Positions 1-12,659 of a stretch of 64,000 nucleotides of DNA are shown here, piece by piece. Positions within the stretch are counted from its first letter, which is position 1. Each line of letters begins with the position of its first letter. This DNA is from Camelus ferus. Its lineage: Eukaryota. The translations under genes and the position numbers were made by a program. The stretch is taken from positions 98,892,001-98,956,000 of the forward strand of contig NC_045696.1 in the NCBI RefSeq assembly GCF_009834535.1, in the 5' to 3' direction. The notes under the pieces were generated by a model. The model had not been told where the DNA came from. It was given only the letters and a program-made list of their open reading frames with translations, and did no database searches.

Positions 1-82
1 AGTTACAACAGAAGCCATATGTCCTGCAAAGCTGAACATATTTACGACTGAAGACTTTACAGAAAAAGTTTGCCAACCCATG
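1..82 (+). mobile_element. MER58A-like hAT-Charlie MITE, terminal part (cut by window edge)
   Basis: Matches the recalled MER58 terminus ...GCAAAGCCTAAAATATTTACT...CTTTACAGAAAAAGTTTGCCAACCCCTG. Confidence 0.85.
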
Positions 83-172
83 GATTAGAGGGAGTCAAGA
101 ATGATTTCAGAAACTAATTAGAAAGGTTCCAGCCATAATTCTAATGAGGCACTATAAGAGCCTGACATTTAA

Positions 173-1559
173 CAGGGTTTCTCAAATGTTTAGTGTCGTT
201 GGACCACCATAGTCACTATTTCCTTCAGCACTAAATCAAAATCAGGAGGCATTTTGTTAACCACCAACTGGTATCTACGAATAAAGCAGTATGTGGGCAA
301 AGTAGCGTGTGGATCAGCAGAGATGTTTATTAACTCAGCAATGCCTTCTGTTGAGCGCATTGCTTGTGCTCCCTCGGAAATGAGCCTGAAGCCCCTTCTC
401 CAATCTACATCACAGCTCATGAAATAAGTATTCTTCTCCTGTAGTTTAGGTGTTCAGAAACAAACATCATAATCAATGATTGAGTCTGTAACTTTCCCAG
501 TACATATATTAAGAACAGATTCCCACTCTGTAGGTTTCATCCAACTATAAGTCAAAATCTCTTCTTACTCACACAACATAGTGTTCTCTTCCCAGTAGTG
601 TGCTTATTGACACACAAAGCCAAATGGTGTCATTCGACAGAGGAATTTTGCCAACAGCTTGCCTCACTTTCTTCTGAGCGTAATATTTGTCGCTTCGCAG
701 ATGGTTTTACAAGCTTCTTGGCAATGCGTGACTTGTAAATGGTTTTACTATAAAGAAAATAGTAAATTTTGATCATTTTCTATTTTTGCAGAAAAACCCA
801 TCCATTTCTTGCTGAAAAGCATGAATCTGTGATTGTTCGGGAGATATCTGATTGCTTCACCAGTGAGGGAGTTCATTTTGCTTTTAAAAATGGCATAAAA
901 ATCTTCATCACTTTATGTCACTATTTAATCGCATTTTATAACAGACAGTACCCTGAGGATTAACGTGGTCTCTAGTTGGGCAAATAAAAGCCGTTGTTCA
1001 TATATCAAGTGCCACACTTTGCATTCCTTGTTTTCTTTATCACTTTCTTCAGAGATATCATGGTACATTCTCTCATTTCTATACATACAGGTTTACATTT
1101 TATAATTTCACTGGAGTATTGTTAAATATTTAATTATGGCATTATTCTGAATAGTGCTACTTGATTTTGAAGAATTGCTTTTCAATGACCAACTTTTGAG
1201 CCATTTATGAAATAAAAAAATTAGAGACCTAACACAATCAATTAGTTAAAATAAAAATAAGTATTTAACATATGTGGGATATAATATACAATTATATGAA
1301 AAAAAATAACGAAGTGAGCTATCTCCTGAAAAATAAACGCAGCTGCAATAAACAGATAAACACACCCTTTTCAGTACCTTCACAATGTTTAATATAGTGA
1401 AGATTACTAAGCAGATGCCAGGATTTTTATGATAATATTAATGAGCTTTCTTTTTCAATTTCCTGAAAATGTGAAAAAAAATTGTACACCTTTTTCTTCC
1501 CAAACTGCTGAATTCCCTGTGGACCACTTGATCAATTGGCCATTCTTTGAGAACCACAG
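173..1559 (-). mobile_element. hAT-Charlie/Buster DNA transposon fossil with both TIRs and decayed N-terminal transposase (internal deletion derivative)
   Basis: TIRs CAGGGTTTCTCAAA (173) and TTTGAGAACCACAG (1559). Minus-strand translation gives colinear motifs KWLKS, BED-finger-like PQGTVCYKM..HF, KIPLSNDTI, L*LDET, SEGAQAM and YCFIRRYQL..KMP..FDLVLKEIV; many stops and frameshifts. Confidence 0.85.
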
Positions 1560-4255
1560 TTATAAGTTGGGCTTAATATGTCAGCTACATATAATAAAAT
1601 ATATAAAAAACTTATTCAACTCTCTGGCTAAACTGCCATATATTTTTAATTTAAGTGAGAAAATGTATACATATTGCACTTAGTGAATTATAATAAGAAT
1701 TATAACCTACAGAGTAGATAAAATTAAATAAGTTGATAGTGTTATAGATCATTTATAGCATTATTTCTGTTTATTTCCTGTTTCATTTTGCAGGAGGATT
1801 TAAAGATGTCTACATAAATACTGGTGATACGAAAGGATTAATAGCCAAAGAAATCTGATTGAAGGGAAAATGTGATTAAGAAAAAAAGTCCATGAGAGGG
1901 ATAAGCCTGCAAAATGCATAGTAAATGTTCCTATAGAAGTAAGAGCACTGGGTCATGAATTTAGCTCAAATTTCATGTATGTAAAGTAAAATCATAGTGT
2001 TATTTATTTGAAAGAATTGTTACTGAATTATCCAATACCTAAATGAGAATGCCAGAAATCTTTCTCATTGAAGTCTCATTGACAAAGACTTCATGTGCTC
2101 CTACCATAATTGAGCTGTTTTTATATTCATTAATGAATATAATACAACATTACTTGCAATAAATAATATATGTTGAATGAGCCATTCATCTGTTATCACC
2201 CTCCATTGGATTAGTCCATTTTTAAGGTTGTTACTCAAGTTTTAAGACATTTTAAGATAAGCTACACAAAGTATATAACTAATAAAAGATTTTCTTGGTA
2301 AAAATTTACATATCTGTGGTAGGCTGGTAAGAAATGTAGTTTGAAGAAGCCAGACTTTTCATGCTGAATCACATTCCATTATACTAAGAATAGTGATATT
2401 TCTCTTTGTATATATGAGTATGAAATATTTCCATAGAGTCATAAATATGCTTTACCACTTCTTTATTAGGAATAAATTATAGCAAAACAAAATGCTGAAG
2501 AAGATATGATTGTTAAGCTCATTTTTGAAAACTCGGTTGTATTAAAAGAGTCTCTCAATCAGAAATTTGATTGATCCAAGTAATAGTTTTATATCCAGGC
2601 CTCCAGAATTACCTGCTTTTTGGCCATATCTAATTTGTCATCACTTTTAAGTCCAACATTAACAAAAACTCTCAGAAAGTATAACACATGGCACAAGTGA
2701 AAGCAAGTATGAGATGTAATCACTGACATTCAATAGTGAATAATTTCAGAATTGATCAGAGAATACATAGATGCTCAACAAATTAATTACTGTAAAGTAG
2801 AAATAATTGAGTGGACTTGATAATTATTTAAATCCTAAATTAGAAGTTCTACTAATTGGTTCCATCACAAACTAAAACCAATGGATGCAATACAATGTTT
2901 ACTTCTCTCCCCATTTAAAAGACTCATATGTTAAAACAGAAATGTTGACACTTCAAAGCTGAAAGAACATGCCTCCAAGTATAGGAAAAACTCTATAGCT
3001 CAGAGTACTGCATAGAGTTATGGTATTTATAAGTTCTAGTGCAAAATCTTACACTAGTAATACTGAAAGCATCTCTTACCTATATACCTGTCAGCTGTAT
3101 ATGTAACTTATAACTTTGAGAAGATGCATTAAAACATTAAATATTTAACAAGCATAACATTACATTCAGAATGAACCATAGCAGATCTTTGTAGGTGTGT
3201 TTTTTAATATTAAGAACAAGAAGCAGTATGTTAGTAATTAAGTAAATACGATAGTAAGTATAGCTTATACTCGAAGCTTATCACTCCCCAGGGAACAGAT
3301 ATTTAATTTGTGGTCATGATAATAACCACCTAATGAACTTCACATCTTTCAGGAGAGCTTAATAAACTTCAAAGAAGACAAAACAAGAATGTATGAGTAA
3401 AAGTACATCCTTAGCCTTTCATTAGGCAAAATGAGCATGAGTCCTGGCCCAGCATGGCTTCCAAAGTTAGCACTCCCAGCGACAAAGCAAATGTATGCAG
3501 AGAAATGTACAACAAAAGACATAGCTTTTAAAGCTCCAGTTGCGTTTCCACAAATGTTGCTTACAAAAGCCACCATTCTCTGTGTTAACAAAAAGTTGTG
3601 GATCCGTTCTTCACTAAATCCTCTTTTCTTGCATAATCCACCTTGTGCACTTTATCTGGAGTGTGTTTTATCTGATCTAATCCTGGGCTCATTCACTCTC
3701 AGATAGAAGCAACAGGATTATTTCACACTTAAACGAGGTCCAATCTTTATGTGGTCCGTAAGAGGACACCTGGCTTATACAGAACTTAAGCAGAAGATTA
3801 ACCAGGTGCTCAAGGCACATAATAATTTCAAATATAATATCAGCTTATAATAAAAAGAATTACTGCCAGACCATATCAAAGATACATTTTAACATCCACA
3901 CATTAAGGTCTATACAAGTCTATTATACAGATATTTTATGCATTTTGTGTTTACACACCTATACATGTAAGAGTTTTCCTTTCAAGAAAAGATTCTACAT
4001 TCTGTTGGGAATTTTATGACTCACAGAAAGTATTCACATTTTCATTCATGTCTTTCTTTCATATTCAGCACATCCACAGATTAAAATGGGTTGAGTAGGA
4101 CTAGGCTTTGTGGCTTAGCAAATTAGTCCTTGATTTTTTTATTTTAATGCAGTGGACAAGAAAGCTCAATAGGAAATAATCTAAGCCCCCGCGAAGCTAG
4201 AAAACATGGATTAGTATGAAGTAAGTCTAGTTTCCACAGCCTGGCTCTACATTTA

Positions 4256-4370
4256 CATACACACACAGAGACACACACACACACCCATATATATATTTTC
4301 ATGTTTTACATATGTAATATAGTATATAATGTATATATATTATATATGTGTGTGTGTATATGTGTGTGTT
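4256..4370. repeat. (CA)n/(TA)n/(TG)n compound low-complexity microsatellite
   Basis: Direct reading. Confidence 0.85.
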
Positions 4371-4477
4371 GTGAGCATATATATTTTAAATCTGTTGAGT
4401 GGGTATCCACATGTTTCCCATGCGTCTTACTTGCTAGCTTATCATTACCAATATGTTGAAGGCTCAAATTCACTTTA

Positions 4478-4670
4478 TTTTTTTTTTTCACAAATCCCTT
4501 CTGCCTTTAGCTGACATTCTTTTTTTTATACATGTACATACATATATTCTTTTTCATATCTTTTTTCATTATAGGTTACTATACGATATTGAATCTAGTT
4601 CCCTGTGCTATACAGTAGAAACTTGTTTATTTTGTATCTGGATGGAGATTGTTATTCTTAGTGAAGTGAG
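4478..4670 (-). mobile_element. Short L1 insertion with 5' inversion, two poly(A) tracts and 14-bp TSD
   Basis: TCAAATTCACTTTA at 4464-4477 and 4671-4684; T11 at 4478-4488; T8 at 4520-4527; antisense L1 3' UTR 4528-4638; sense ORF2-end piece 4639-4670. Confidence 0.85.
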
Positions 4671-5094
4671 TCAAATTCACTTTAAATACAGCTTTCTGAT
4701 TCCAGAGTCTACAAATGTCTTAAATATTAAAAAATTAAGTTAAAGCCAATCAGAGTTCTAGAATTGCTCTTTTGACTATAAAATCTATACAAGTGTTATA
4801 TACGTTCCCTTTGAAATTTGTATAAATGTTTTTTAAAAGGAAGAAAGTGTCAGAGACACTTAAGGAAAATGGAAGGTGATAATGGCATGTATATATTTTG
4901 AAGAGCACATCTTGGTTTTCACGTCTGTATCAGAGAAACGGAATGTGAGTAATATGTGGGGAAGACTTGAAAGCACAACAATTGCAATGTTTTGTTGGGT
5001 ATTTTAATAATCAAAATTTGTTAAATAAAATTAAGCATCCAAATAACTGAGAAGCCAATTCCAGGTAGAAATAGTGTAGATCAAAATGCCATCT

Positions 5095-5200
5095 CTTTAC
5101 CTGTTACTCACAAAAAGTCATAGCTTGAATGATTAAAACTTCCTTATCTCCTTTGAGGGTCAGTTTCTTTACTTGCAAAATGAGGGAGTTGGAGCAACTC
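5095..5200 (+). mobile_element. MIR SINE fragment
   Basis: Core-like TCAGTTTCTTTACTTGCAAAATGAGGGAGTTGG. Confidence 0.55.
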
Positions 5201-6324
5201 TTCATTCTTTTTTTCTTCTAACATTACTCTCAAACAGATAAAGATCTTTATATTTTATTGATGGAAGAATATATTCCAGACATTTATTCTAGTATTTTAG
5301 AGTGATACATCAATTTATGAATCCCCTAGGAACAAGTAAATTTCATAGCAGAGTTAACAGTGCTATTAAAACAACTTAATAAATTATGAGGAGTCGTGTT
5401 TCTTTGATCATTCTGTGTAGTAATTCGATTTCCACCAAGCTGTGTGTGAGTTTAGATGTGCCGAACATAAATAATGACAATCGCATCTTCAAGTAAAATA
5501 TTCAAGTCTAGTTACCTTGCCAGGTTATAAAAGACAATTACATTATGTGATTTGAAGTGCATGCTGTATTACTTATATGAAATTTATAAATTTAATTTTC
5601 AAAACTAATATTGAAAATTTATCAGAGAAAATTAAAGCTAAAAGCTAAAATCGGCATGCCCCAACACTTAATCAACTTAATCATTCTAGGTTTTTTTTTC
5701 AAATCACTAATCTTTTTGTTGTCAATATATTGGTAAAATAATAAATTCTTTTACCTTTAAAATAATTGTATCATATTGACACAACAAAGAAGATATACAT
5801 CAAAAATGGAATAAATGTTTACAAAATTAATTCTCTCAAAATGAGTGATCATCAAATTCTCATCAAACATGGTCACTTACCATTGACATTAGTTGAATCA
5901 GGCCTCTTTGTTCTTATTAATCAAAAAACTAGAAAACATATCTCTTAAAAAATTTAAAATTCAGGTACATAGCTGACTGCAGTGGGGTCAATCCTAGGCA
6001 TAGATAACTGAGATTTTCATTGGTGAAATGGAGGGTGGAATAAAATTTTAAACGTGTACAAAGTAGCATTAAAATATAAGATAAACTTAGAATGAAATAA
6101 AAAGAAAAAAAACATGTGCAGAGGCTGGGGAGGAAGAGTTGCCTATTCTGTCTAAATACACATCAATTAAACATAATTGGTTAGAACACAATAGGAAGAA
6201 TCAGTGTCCCCAGTACAGGAAGGTACTGTGTATATACGTGTAATTGTGTCACTGCCTACTGGTAGATGTCATGATATTCTTAGTTAGACATTTGGTTACT
6301 GATTACTACTTGCTCAATACTCGT

Positions 6325-6455
6325 TCACAGCCTTTGCACATATTATCTTATTGATTCCCAGAACTCCTTAATGAAGAATTAAAGTATTATATTTCTCCCT
6401 GTTCTACAGATGAGGAAACTGAGAGTGAGAGAGATTACATATCTTGCCTCATGGT
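6325..6455 (-). mobile_element. MIR SINE fragment
   Basis: TACAGATGAGGAAACTGAG antisense MIR core. Confidence 0.75.
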
Positions 6456-6769
6456 AAGTCTAGATCCTTCTCACACTTCATTCATCAGACTATGCATCCT
6501 TTCAGAGAATACTTTACTGCCTTCTTCCCGCAGGCTAAGCAGCTCCTTCCACTCTATACAAAGCCACCTGAGCCCATCAGAAGTTGTTTTGCCGAAACTA
6601 CGGCCAGTTTACCAGAAGGAGGGGAAACTCTACCAACATTTATGTCATCACTTAAACTACCCATCAAATGCCTCCTCTAATTTTGTTCATTACATTTTTG
6701 GGGGTTTTTTGTTTGTTTTTTTTTTTCATTTTTTTTTATTAATAGCATAAACAAAATAAAGCAAACAAA

Positions 6770-6855
6770 ATCACAGATGAAATACAGGATGCTCAGTTAA
6801 ATTTCAATTTCAGATAAAAAATGTCTTGTTTTTATTTGCAAAATATGGAAAACTG
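6770..6855. mobile_element. MER53-like hAT MITE (internally deleted)
   Basis: CAGATGAAATACAGGATGCTCAGTTAAATTTCAATTTCAGATAAA matches the recalled MER53 end. Confidence 0.7.
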
Positions 6856-6871
6856 TTTTTGCATTTAGTAC

Positions 6872-7330
6872 TGTATGAGTTTCATATTGCTTCTGAAATA
6901 AATTGCTGTTTGTAATAAATTACAAACTTAGTGCCTTAAAACAGCACAAATGTATGCTTTTGTAGTTCTGGAAGTCAGAGGTCTAATGTTTAGGCATTAA
7001 TAGGGCTGTGTTCCTTCTGGAGACTTCAGGGGACAGCCCATTTCCTTGCCTTTTCTAGCTTTTGAAGGTTGCCTACTTTTCTTGGCTCCTTCCCCCTCTT
7101 CAGAGTATCTTCTCTCCTCTCTGAACTCCTGCCTCTGTATTATAAGGGTTCTTGTGAAGACATTGAGCCCACCTAGATAATCCAAAGATTAGAGGGTAAT
7201 TCTCCCATTAAATTCTCCTTAACGTAATCACACCTCTAAAGATCCTTTTGAATGCAAGGTAACATGTTCACAGGTTCTGGTGATTATGATGTGTATCTTT
7301 AAGGCGAGGGGTACAATGCTGGGGGGAATT
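6872..7330 (-). mobile_element. MaLR solo LTR (MLT1D/MLT1C-like)
   Basis: Antisense MLT1 motifs CTTAAAACAGCACAAATG..GTTCTGGAAGTCAGAGGTC, TTCCTTGCCTTTTCTAGCTT, GAGCCCACCTAGATAATCC. Confidence 0.85.
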
Positions 7331-7579
7331 CAAGTTTAAGTAATTTCTTAAACTTACTAAAATACTTCATCTGCTTCTATGCTAACTGTTGTTTCTTGTG
7401 CCCCATCCCTTGCTCCTGAGTTGACTTTTTCTCTTGGGGAACTGAATGTTTCACTAGTTCTTTTAATAAGGTCTTGTGGGTTCTTTTAATAAGGTTGAGT
7501 CTCTTTGTCTACATGTATCAGAAAATCTGTTGTCATTGCTACTTATTCAATCATACTTTGTGTTTGACAATATATGACT

Positions 7580-7972
7580 TTACTCTGGGGACCTCTGCTC
7601 TGCCTCAGCCAATCTTGGGAGGGGTTGTGAGTCAGACCTGACCAATCAGACTACTGTATTTTTCTGAGTAGGCAGGTATTCTATCAGTGCCCAAAAGTTG
7701 CAGTGATACTTTTGATGGGGTTATTGAAGGAGATCTCTCCTAGGGGGATTTAAGCCAAAGACGGCTGCTATCTTGAGGAGAGAAACTATCTGATAACGGA
7801 GCCAAAACTCCGGAGAGCAGAACTGAGAGATGGAAAGAAACATTGTGTTCCTAGATCAAGCTACTGGTGAAGCCAGATCTTTTCAATTAGGAGAGCCAAT
7901 ACATTTTCTTCTTTGTTTAAGCCAGTTTGCCTAAGTTTCTGATTGCTTGAAGTCAAGAGAAACCGATAAACA
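7580..7972 (+). mobile_element. Old MaLR LTR (MLT1K/MLT1L-like)
   Basis: GAGCAGAACTGAGAGATGGA..GAAGCCAGA..GAGCCAATACATT..TTTGTTTAAGCCAGTTTG 3' signature. Confidence 0.75.
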
Positions 7973-8884
7973 TATTAAAATGATTATTTATGTGCAGATG
8001 CATTGTGTAATATTTTATAATAACTATGTGTTAATTTTAAGTGAGGGAAAAAATTAAGTTTTATGGACAATATATCTATTAATACTGATTCAGAGGCGCA
8101 GAACATTGATTTCTCTCCTAGTATAGCCACGGTTCTAATAAGCTGAAAACACAAACAAAAGAAAATCAAAAAATGGAAAGGATCAAGATTCCCTTAGGCA
8201 ATAGCTCAGGGCTCACCATGATCACACTTGCCAGTTTGACCTCCATTTGTCCCTATGAATGATTTCATAACCTACTCCTCTGAGGTTCCTCAATCTCATT
8301 CAAAAAAACTGTGTGAAAGAAAGGAAATATTTTCCAATTATTGTGTGGTTATGGACTAGCTGTAGAGCCTTGGAAAGTCTATGAATTTTCTGATCTTCGA
8401 CTCCATTTCCTACAGAGTTCTTTTTAATGTCTAGAAACAGTCTGTGAATAAGTGTGAAGAGAAAGGCAGGGCATCCAGCCTCTGTTGGCTTATCCTTTAA
8501 TGTAATGGGAAGATAGTTCAAGATACATGTATTTCATCGTCAAAACTACTCCCAACTTCTTAGACAATATATCAGGTTTATACCATAAACAAAACACTTT
8601 AGGAGAAGATTTGATATTTATCTGGGATGTGCAAGTGTTGGAAATTTATTCTTATTGATTAGACGTTTACTCTGATTGGTCAGAGGTCAGGGTACACTGA
8701 TTGTTAAGTGTTTTCCGTGTCACACTTGAGTGGAGGCAAATAACCATACAGACCATGGCTTTAAATAAGGTTATGTTCTCAGTCAGTAACTAGTCTTCCA
8801 TCATGATCATGTCAGTGCTATCCCAGTATGGCTACCATATTTAATTAGGATTCAGTGAGGCTTTAGAACCCAATGTTTTCTTTT

Positions 8885-9121
8885 ATACATACACACACAT
8901 ACATACACACACATTATATATATACACACACATCTTTCTATATATACATGTGTATATATACACATATAATCATATATATACATCTACATATACACATCTC
9001 TGTATATACATACATATCATATATTCATACACATGTATATATTAAATGTATATATTTTATACACAAAGGTTCATACATTTAATGTACATAAATATACATA
9101 CACAGGCATATACACATATAT
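8885..9121. repeat. Degenerate (TA/CA/TACA)n low-complexity tract
   Basis: Direct reading; explains the H/I/Y/T-rich ORF 8873..9082. Confidence 0.9.
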
Positions 9122-10212
9122 TTTTTACCTCACCTTCTATAGGAAATGGTTGCTTTCACAGAATACAAAAGTGAACACAAATATAGAGAAACTGAAAGTA
9201 AATTTGTGAGGACACTGCAATGCACATATATTAGCATTAACAGCATGTAATATAGAAAAGCAGAATTCAGTATTTTGTCCCGCATACAGAGCCCAGTACA
9301 CCCAAGAGTGTCTTAATTAAGAAGCCTCTAAACAGCAAGTTTATTAAATGAACATACTGAAGAGCTAACTCCTTCACTTTTAAATACGATGTAGGAATCC
9401 CACCCTGCTGTTATGTACAGTTATGCTCGTTTGTTTATCAGGAACCTACAGTTTACAGTTGCTACACACGGATTAGATGATGTTGTACTGTCAGTGTTTT
9501 AATGTTTTTTGTCTGAGCCAGAAATATTCCACTGACATTTACTTATTAAGCATCAACATATAGATTTGTAAATATTATTTTTCTTATTACAGTTTTTAAA
9601 AGTTCTTTGCAGACAATTTGAGGAACACAGTAATCTTAAAATCTACACATGCTCTCGCTAGCCAGAGAAACAGCTATAATATTTGCAAATCCTCACTGCC
9701 TCGTATAGATGCATACACACACCCACACATTCATATATTTCTGTTTTATGCATATTTGTATGTATGTATGTATGTATACACAGACACTTACTATTCTGAA
9801 AGTTGTCAACATTTTTGCTCTGTTAAATTTGGGAGAAGACCAAGACTTTATCTTTGGGGACACATGAAATCTTCTGTTTGGCAAAACTTTCAATAAGCCT
9901 TTAGCTATGCCAAGATAAAGACCTCACTATGGCATGGAAAGTTCATAATTATAAAGAGCTAAAGTTTTCAGCACAACCACATAAAAATCCCTCTTCTCTG
10001 GGATCCCTGGTTGGGTCTCAGTGTATGTAATGGAGAGCTGGTTCAGAGATTGGAGCTGAAGATGAAACATTTTGATTTTATCCTCTCTCTGGCAGAAACT
10101 TCTTGTTAGCTCTGAACACTCATCATCCTCCTGTTCAGTAGCAGGTCTTCAAATCTATTCGGGGAGGCATGTGGCCCTGCAGCTAGTGAGACATTTAAAT
10201 TCTGGCCAATGA

Positions 10213-10658
10213 ACTCAGCCATAAAAACCAACAACATAATGCCATTTGCAGCAACATGGATGCTCCTGGAGAATGTCATTCTAAGTGAAGTAAGCCAGAA
10301 AGACAAAGAGAAATACCATATGAGATCGCTCGTATGTGGAATCTAAAAAACAAAAACAAAAAAGCAAAGCATAAATACAAAACAGAAATAGACTCATAGA
10401 CATAGAATGCAAACTTGTGGTTGCCAAGAGGATGGAGAGTGGGAAGGGATAGACGGGATTTCAAAATTGTAGAATAGATAAAGAAGATTATACTGTATAG
10501 CACAGGGAAATATACACAAGAGCTTGTGGTAGCTCACAGAGAAAAAAATGTGACAATAAATATATACATGTTCATGTATAACTGAAAAATTGTGCTCTAC
10601 ACTGGTATTTGACACAACATTGTAAAATGATTATAAATCAATAAAAAATGTTTAAAGA

Positions 10659-10715
<57 letters not shown>
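10213..10715 (+). mobile_element. Young 5'-truncated L1 (ORF2 end + 3' UTR) with (TAAA)n tail
   Basis: ATAATGCCATTTGCAGCAACATGGATG..CTAAGTGAAGTAAGCCAG; AATAAA; perfect 16-bp TSD AAATTCTGGCCAATGA at 10197-10212 and 10716-10731. Confidence 0.95.
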
Positions 10716-10717
<2 letters not shown>

Positions 10718-10718
10718 A
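10659..10718 (+). repeat. (TAAA)15 microsatellite derived from the L1 tail
   Basis: Direct reading. Confidence 0.95.
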
Positions 10719-12659
10719 TTCTGGCCAATGAGGTGTAACCAAACATGTGCAGTCCTATGGGAGAAACTCTTATCTTAAGGGAATGAGCAGGCCTTTTTCT
10801 TCTTTCCCTCTGGGTGGAATAGAAAAGTGACCACATCCAGTTTGGGAATCTTGGGGGTACACTTTATGGCAGAGAAGCAAAATATGGTATTGATCCCCCA
10901 TTTTCGGCCCTGCACAGCTGCCTCCTGAATTCTGTTACAACCTTATTTGGGGGTTACCATTAGAGCAAATTTCATTTCCTGACTGGTAAGTTCTCACTGA
11001 GATAGTGGAGACTGGAGGGGATTTATTTAGGGCAAAGGCAGTTTGGTCAGGAGAGGTAGCCCAACTGCTGACAGGGCTGAGGAGACAGGTACGATTTTTG
11101 AACAAGGTTTCAGTCTCTGTGTCCAGAAGTTCTGGTGCCTGGAAACTAATTTGGGGTTTTTGTTTTCCACATTATAAGTTCCCTTTCTTACCATCAAGAC
11201 TTCAGTGAAGCGTAGGGAAATGGTTATATTCTGATATGAGCTACACATTAGGAAAGAAAGGATTATCACCTCTTCACACTTAGAACCTGGAGAAGCAGCC
11301 ATAAAGAAATAAAAGGTCATCTATAGTCACTGCAAGAGTGATCCAAAGAGAACTGACAGGCTGACTTGACCAGGGACAAGGATGGATTTGTGGAACGTTC
11401 AAGCCCTCCTCTGATACTCTCAGAAATAATTGTTGAGGGGACTTCAGTAAAATCTTGGACTTCCTAACACAGGATGACTTGTTTTCCCATGGGCTGATAA
11501 TAGAGAATGACAGTCCTGAAGAGTGGAGATGTGCGGTTATGAATACATGCCCGTATAGCTCCTAGGATATCTCTGAAGACCTATTGTTATTATTTTAGTT
11601 TTAAATATTTACATTTCTTTTAAAAAGAGGTGATAATCTCCACTGAAGTCTCATTTCAGAAAATAAACATCTAAACCCCTCATCCATATACATATTTCAG
11701 GAAATCAGTTGATTTCTTCAGTTGTGCACAATGATATTGAAAATTTCAGAATTTCTAGATTGGCAGGGAATACAGCGCATATACAAGCTGAGGACAAATC
11801 CTGGAATGCTGACAATCCCACGGTGGCCTTCAAATGCAGTAGGCAATAATTAGGAAGCCTGAAACTGGGGATTTATTGATAACTAAAAGAATCTGAGAAG
11901 AGAATTAGAAACTGTTAAGTGAAAAATAAAATAAAAACCTAACATATGTTAAGGGGTCACTTAAGAAGCCACGAAAACCATTTTCATTCTTGAAGAAAGA
12001 TGTTAGAACAATAGTTTTTCTTTTTCAGAGTACAAAAACCAGAATTTGATAAAGCTAAAACACATCTTTTGAATAATTTTTGTGCAGAAACAATTTTTTT
12101 CCAAGCAATCTTTTTTTTTATTGTCAACACTATTTTAATCATTCATTAGCTTTCCCTTTACCAAATAATTTTCTTCAGATGTGTGTTTTGTATCTTCACA
12201 TAATTGAATATTATTTATATCATTTTAGCACTTTATTCTTAGTGCTCAACATTTTAGGCTAAACAAAAAATAATTGATTGTCAAATTTTGGAAGAATTTT
12301 TCAATTTATTTTTAAGACAATTATTTTTTTTAAATGGTTGTCTAGAGTAACGAGAAAAGAAGGTAATTTGTCTCTTTAGAATCTAAAGTGTTTAAACTTC
12401 GTCAAGCTTTCTCTGTGGTAGAAAGAAGAAAAGAAAGAAGAAAAAGAAAAAGAAAGAAAGAGATAAAAAGAAAGACAGAGAGGGAGGGAAGCTGATGTTC
12501 TTATTTTTCCAAAGTTCTTCAATAAAAACAAACACCATGAAGGAAAATGTTTCACTGTTTCAAGACCAATATCTGAGGCCCACGGATGCCCATAGCTACT
12601 GGGTGAGCCATGAGGCATGGCTTCCAGGCTTTTCTAGGATAGTGGGGAGGATATTTACA

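Larger units (their letters stand above)
10088..10989 (+). mobile_element. Old MaLR LTR (MLT1J-like) interrupted by a young L1
   Basis: Starts TGGCAGAAACT; TTCTGGCCAATGAG motif is the L1 target site; LTR-like sequence resumes after 10731. Confidence 0.65.

Noticed and set aside
190..420. Domesticated ZBED/Buster-type gene
   Set aside because: Only a fragment of a transposase with stops and frameshifts, bounded by TIRs
1760..2130. Plus-strand exon after TTTTGCAG at about 1793
   Set aside because: Resembles a decayed ancient LINE (L4/RTE-X-like) end and hits stops quickly; too uncertain to list as a feature
8087..8175. Strong minus-strand acceptor (long pyrimidine tract + CAG) at 8143
   Set aside because: No good donor downstream and no recognisable peptide; such tracts arise by chance in AT-rich DNA
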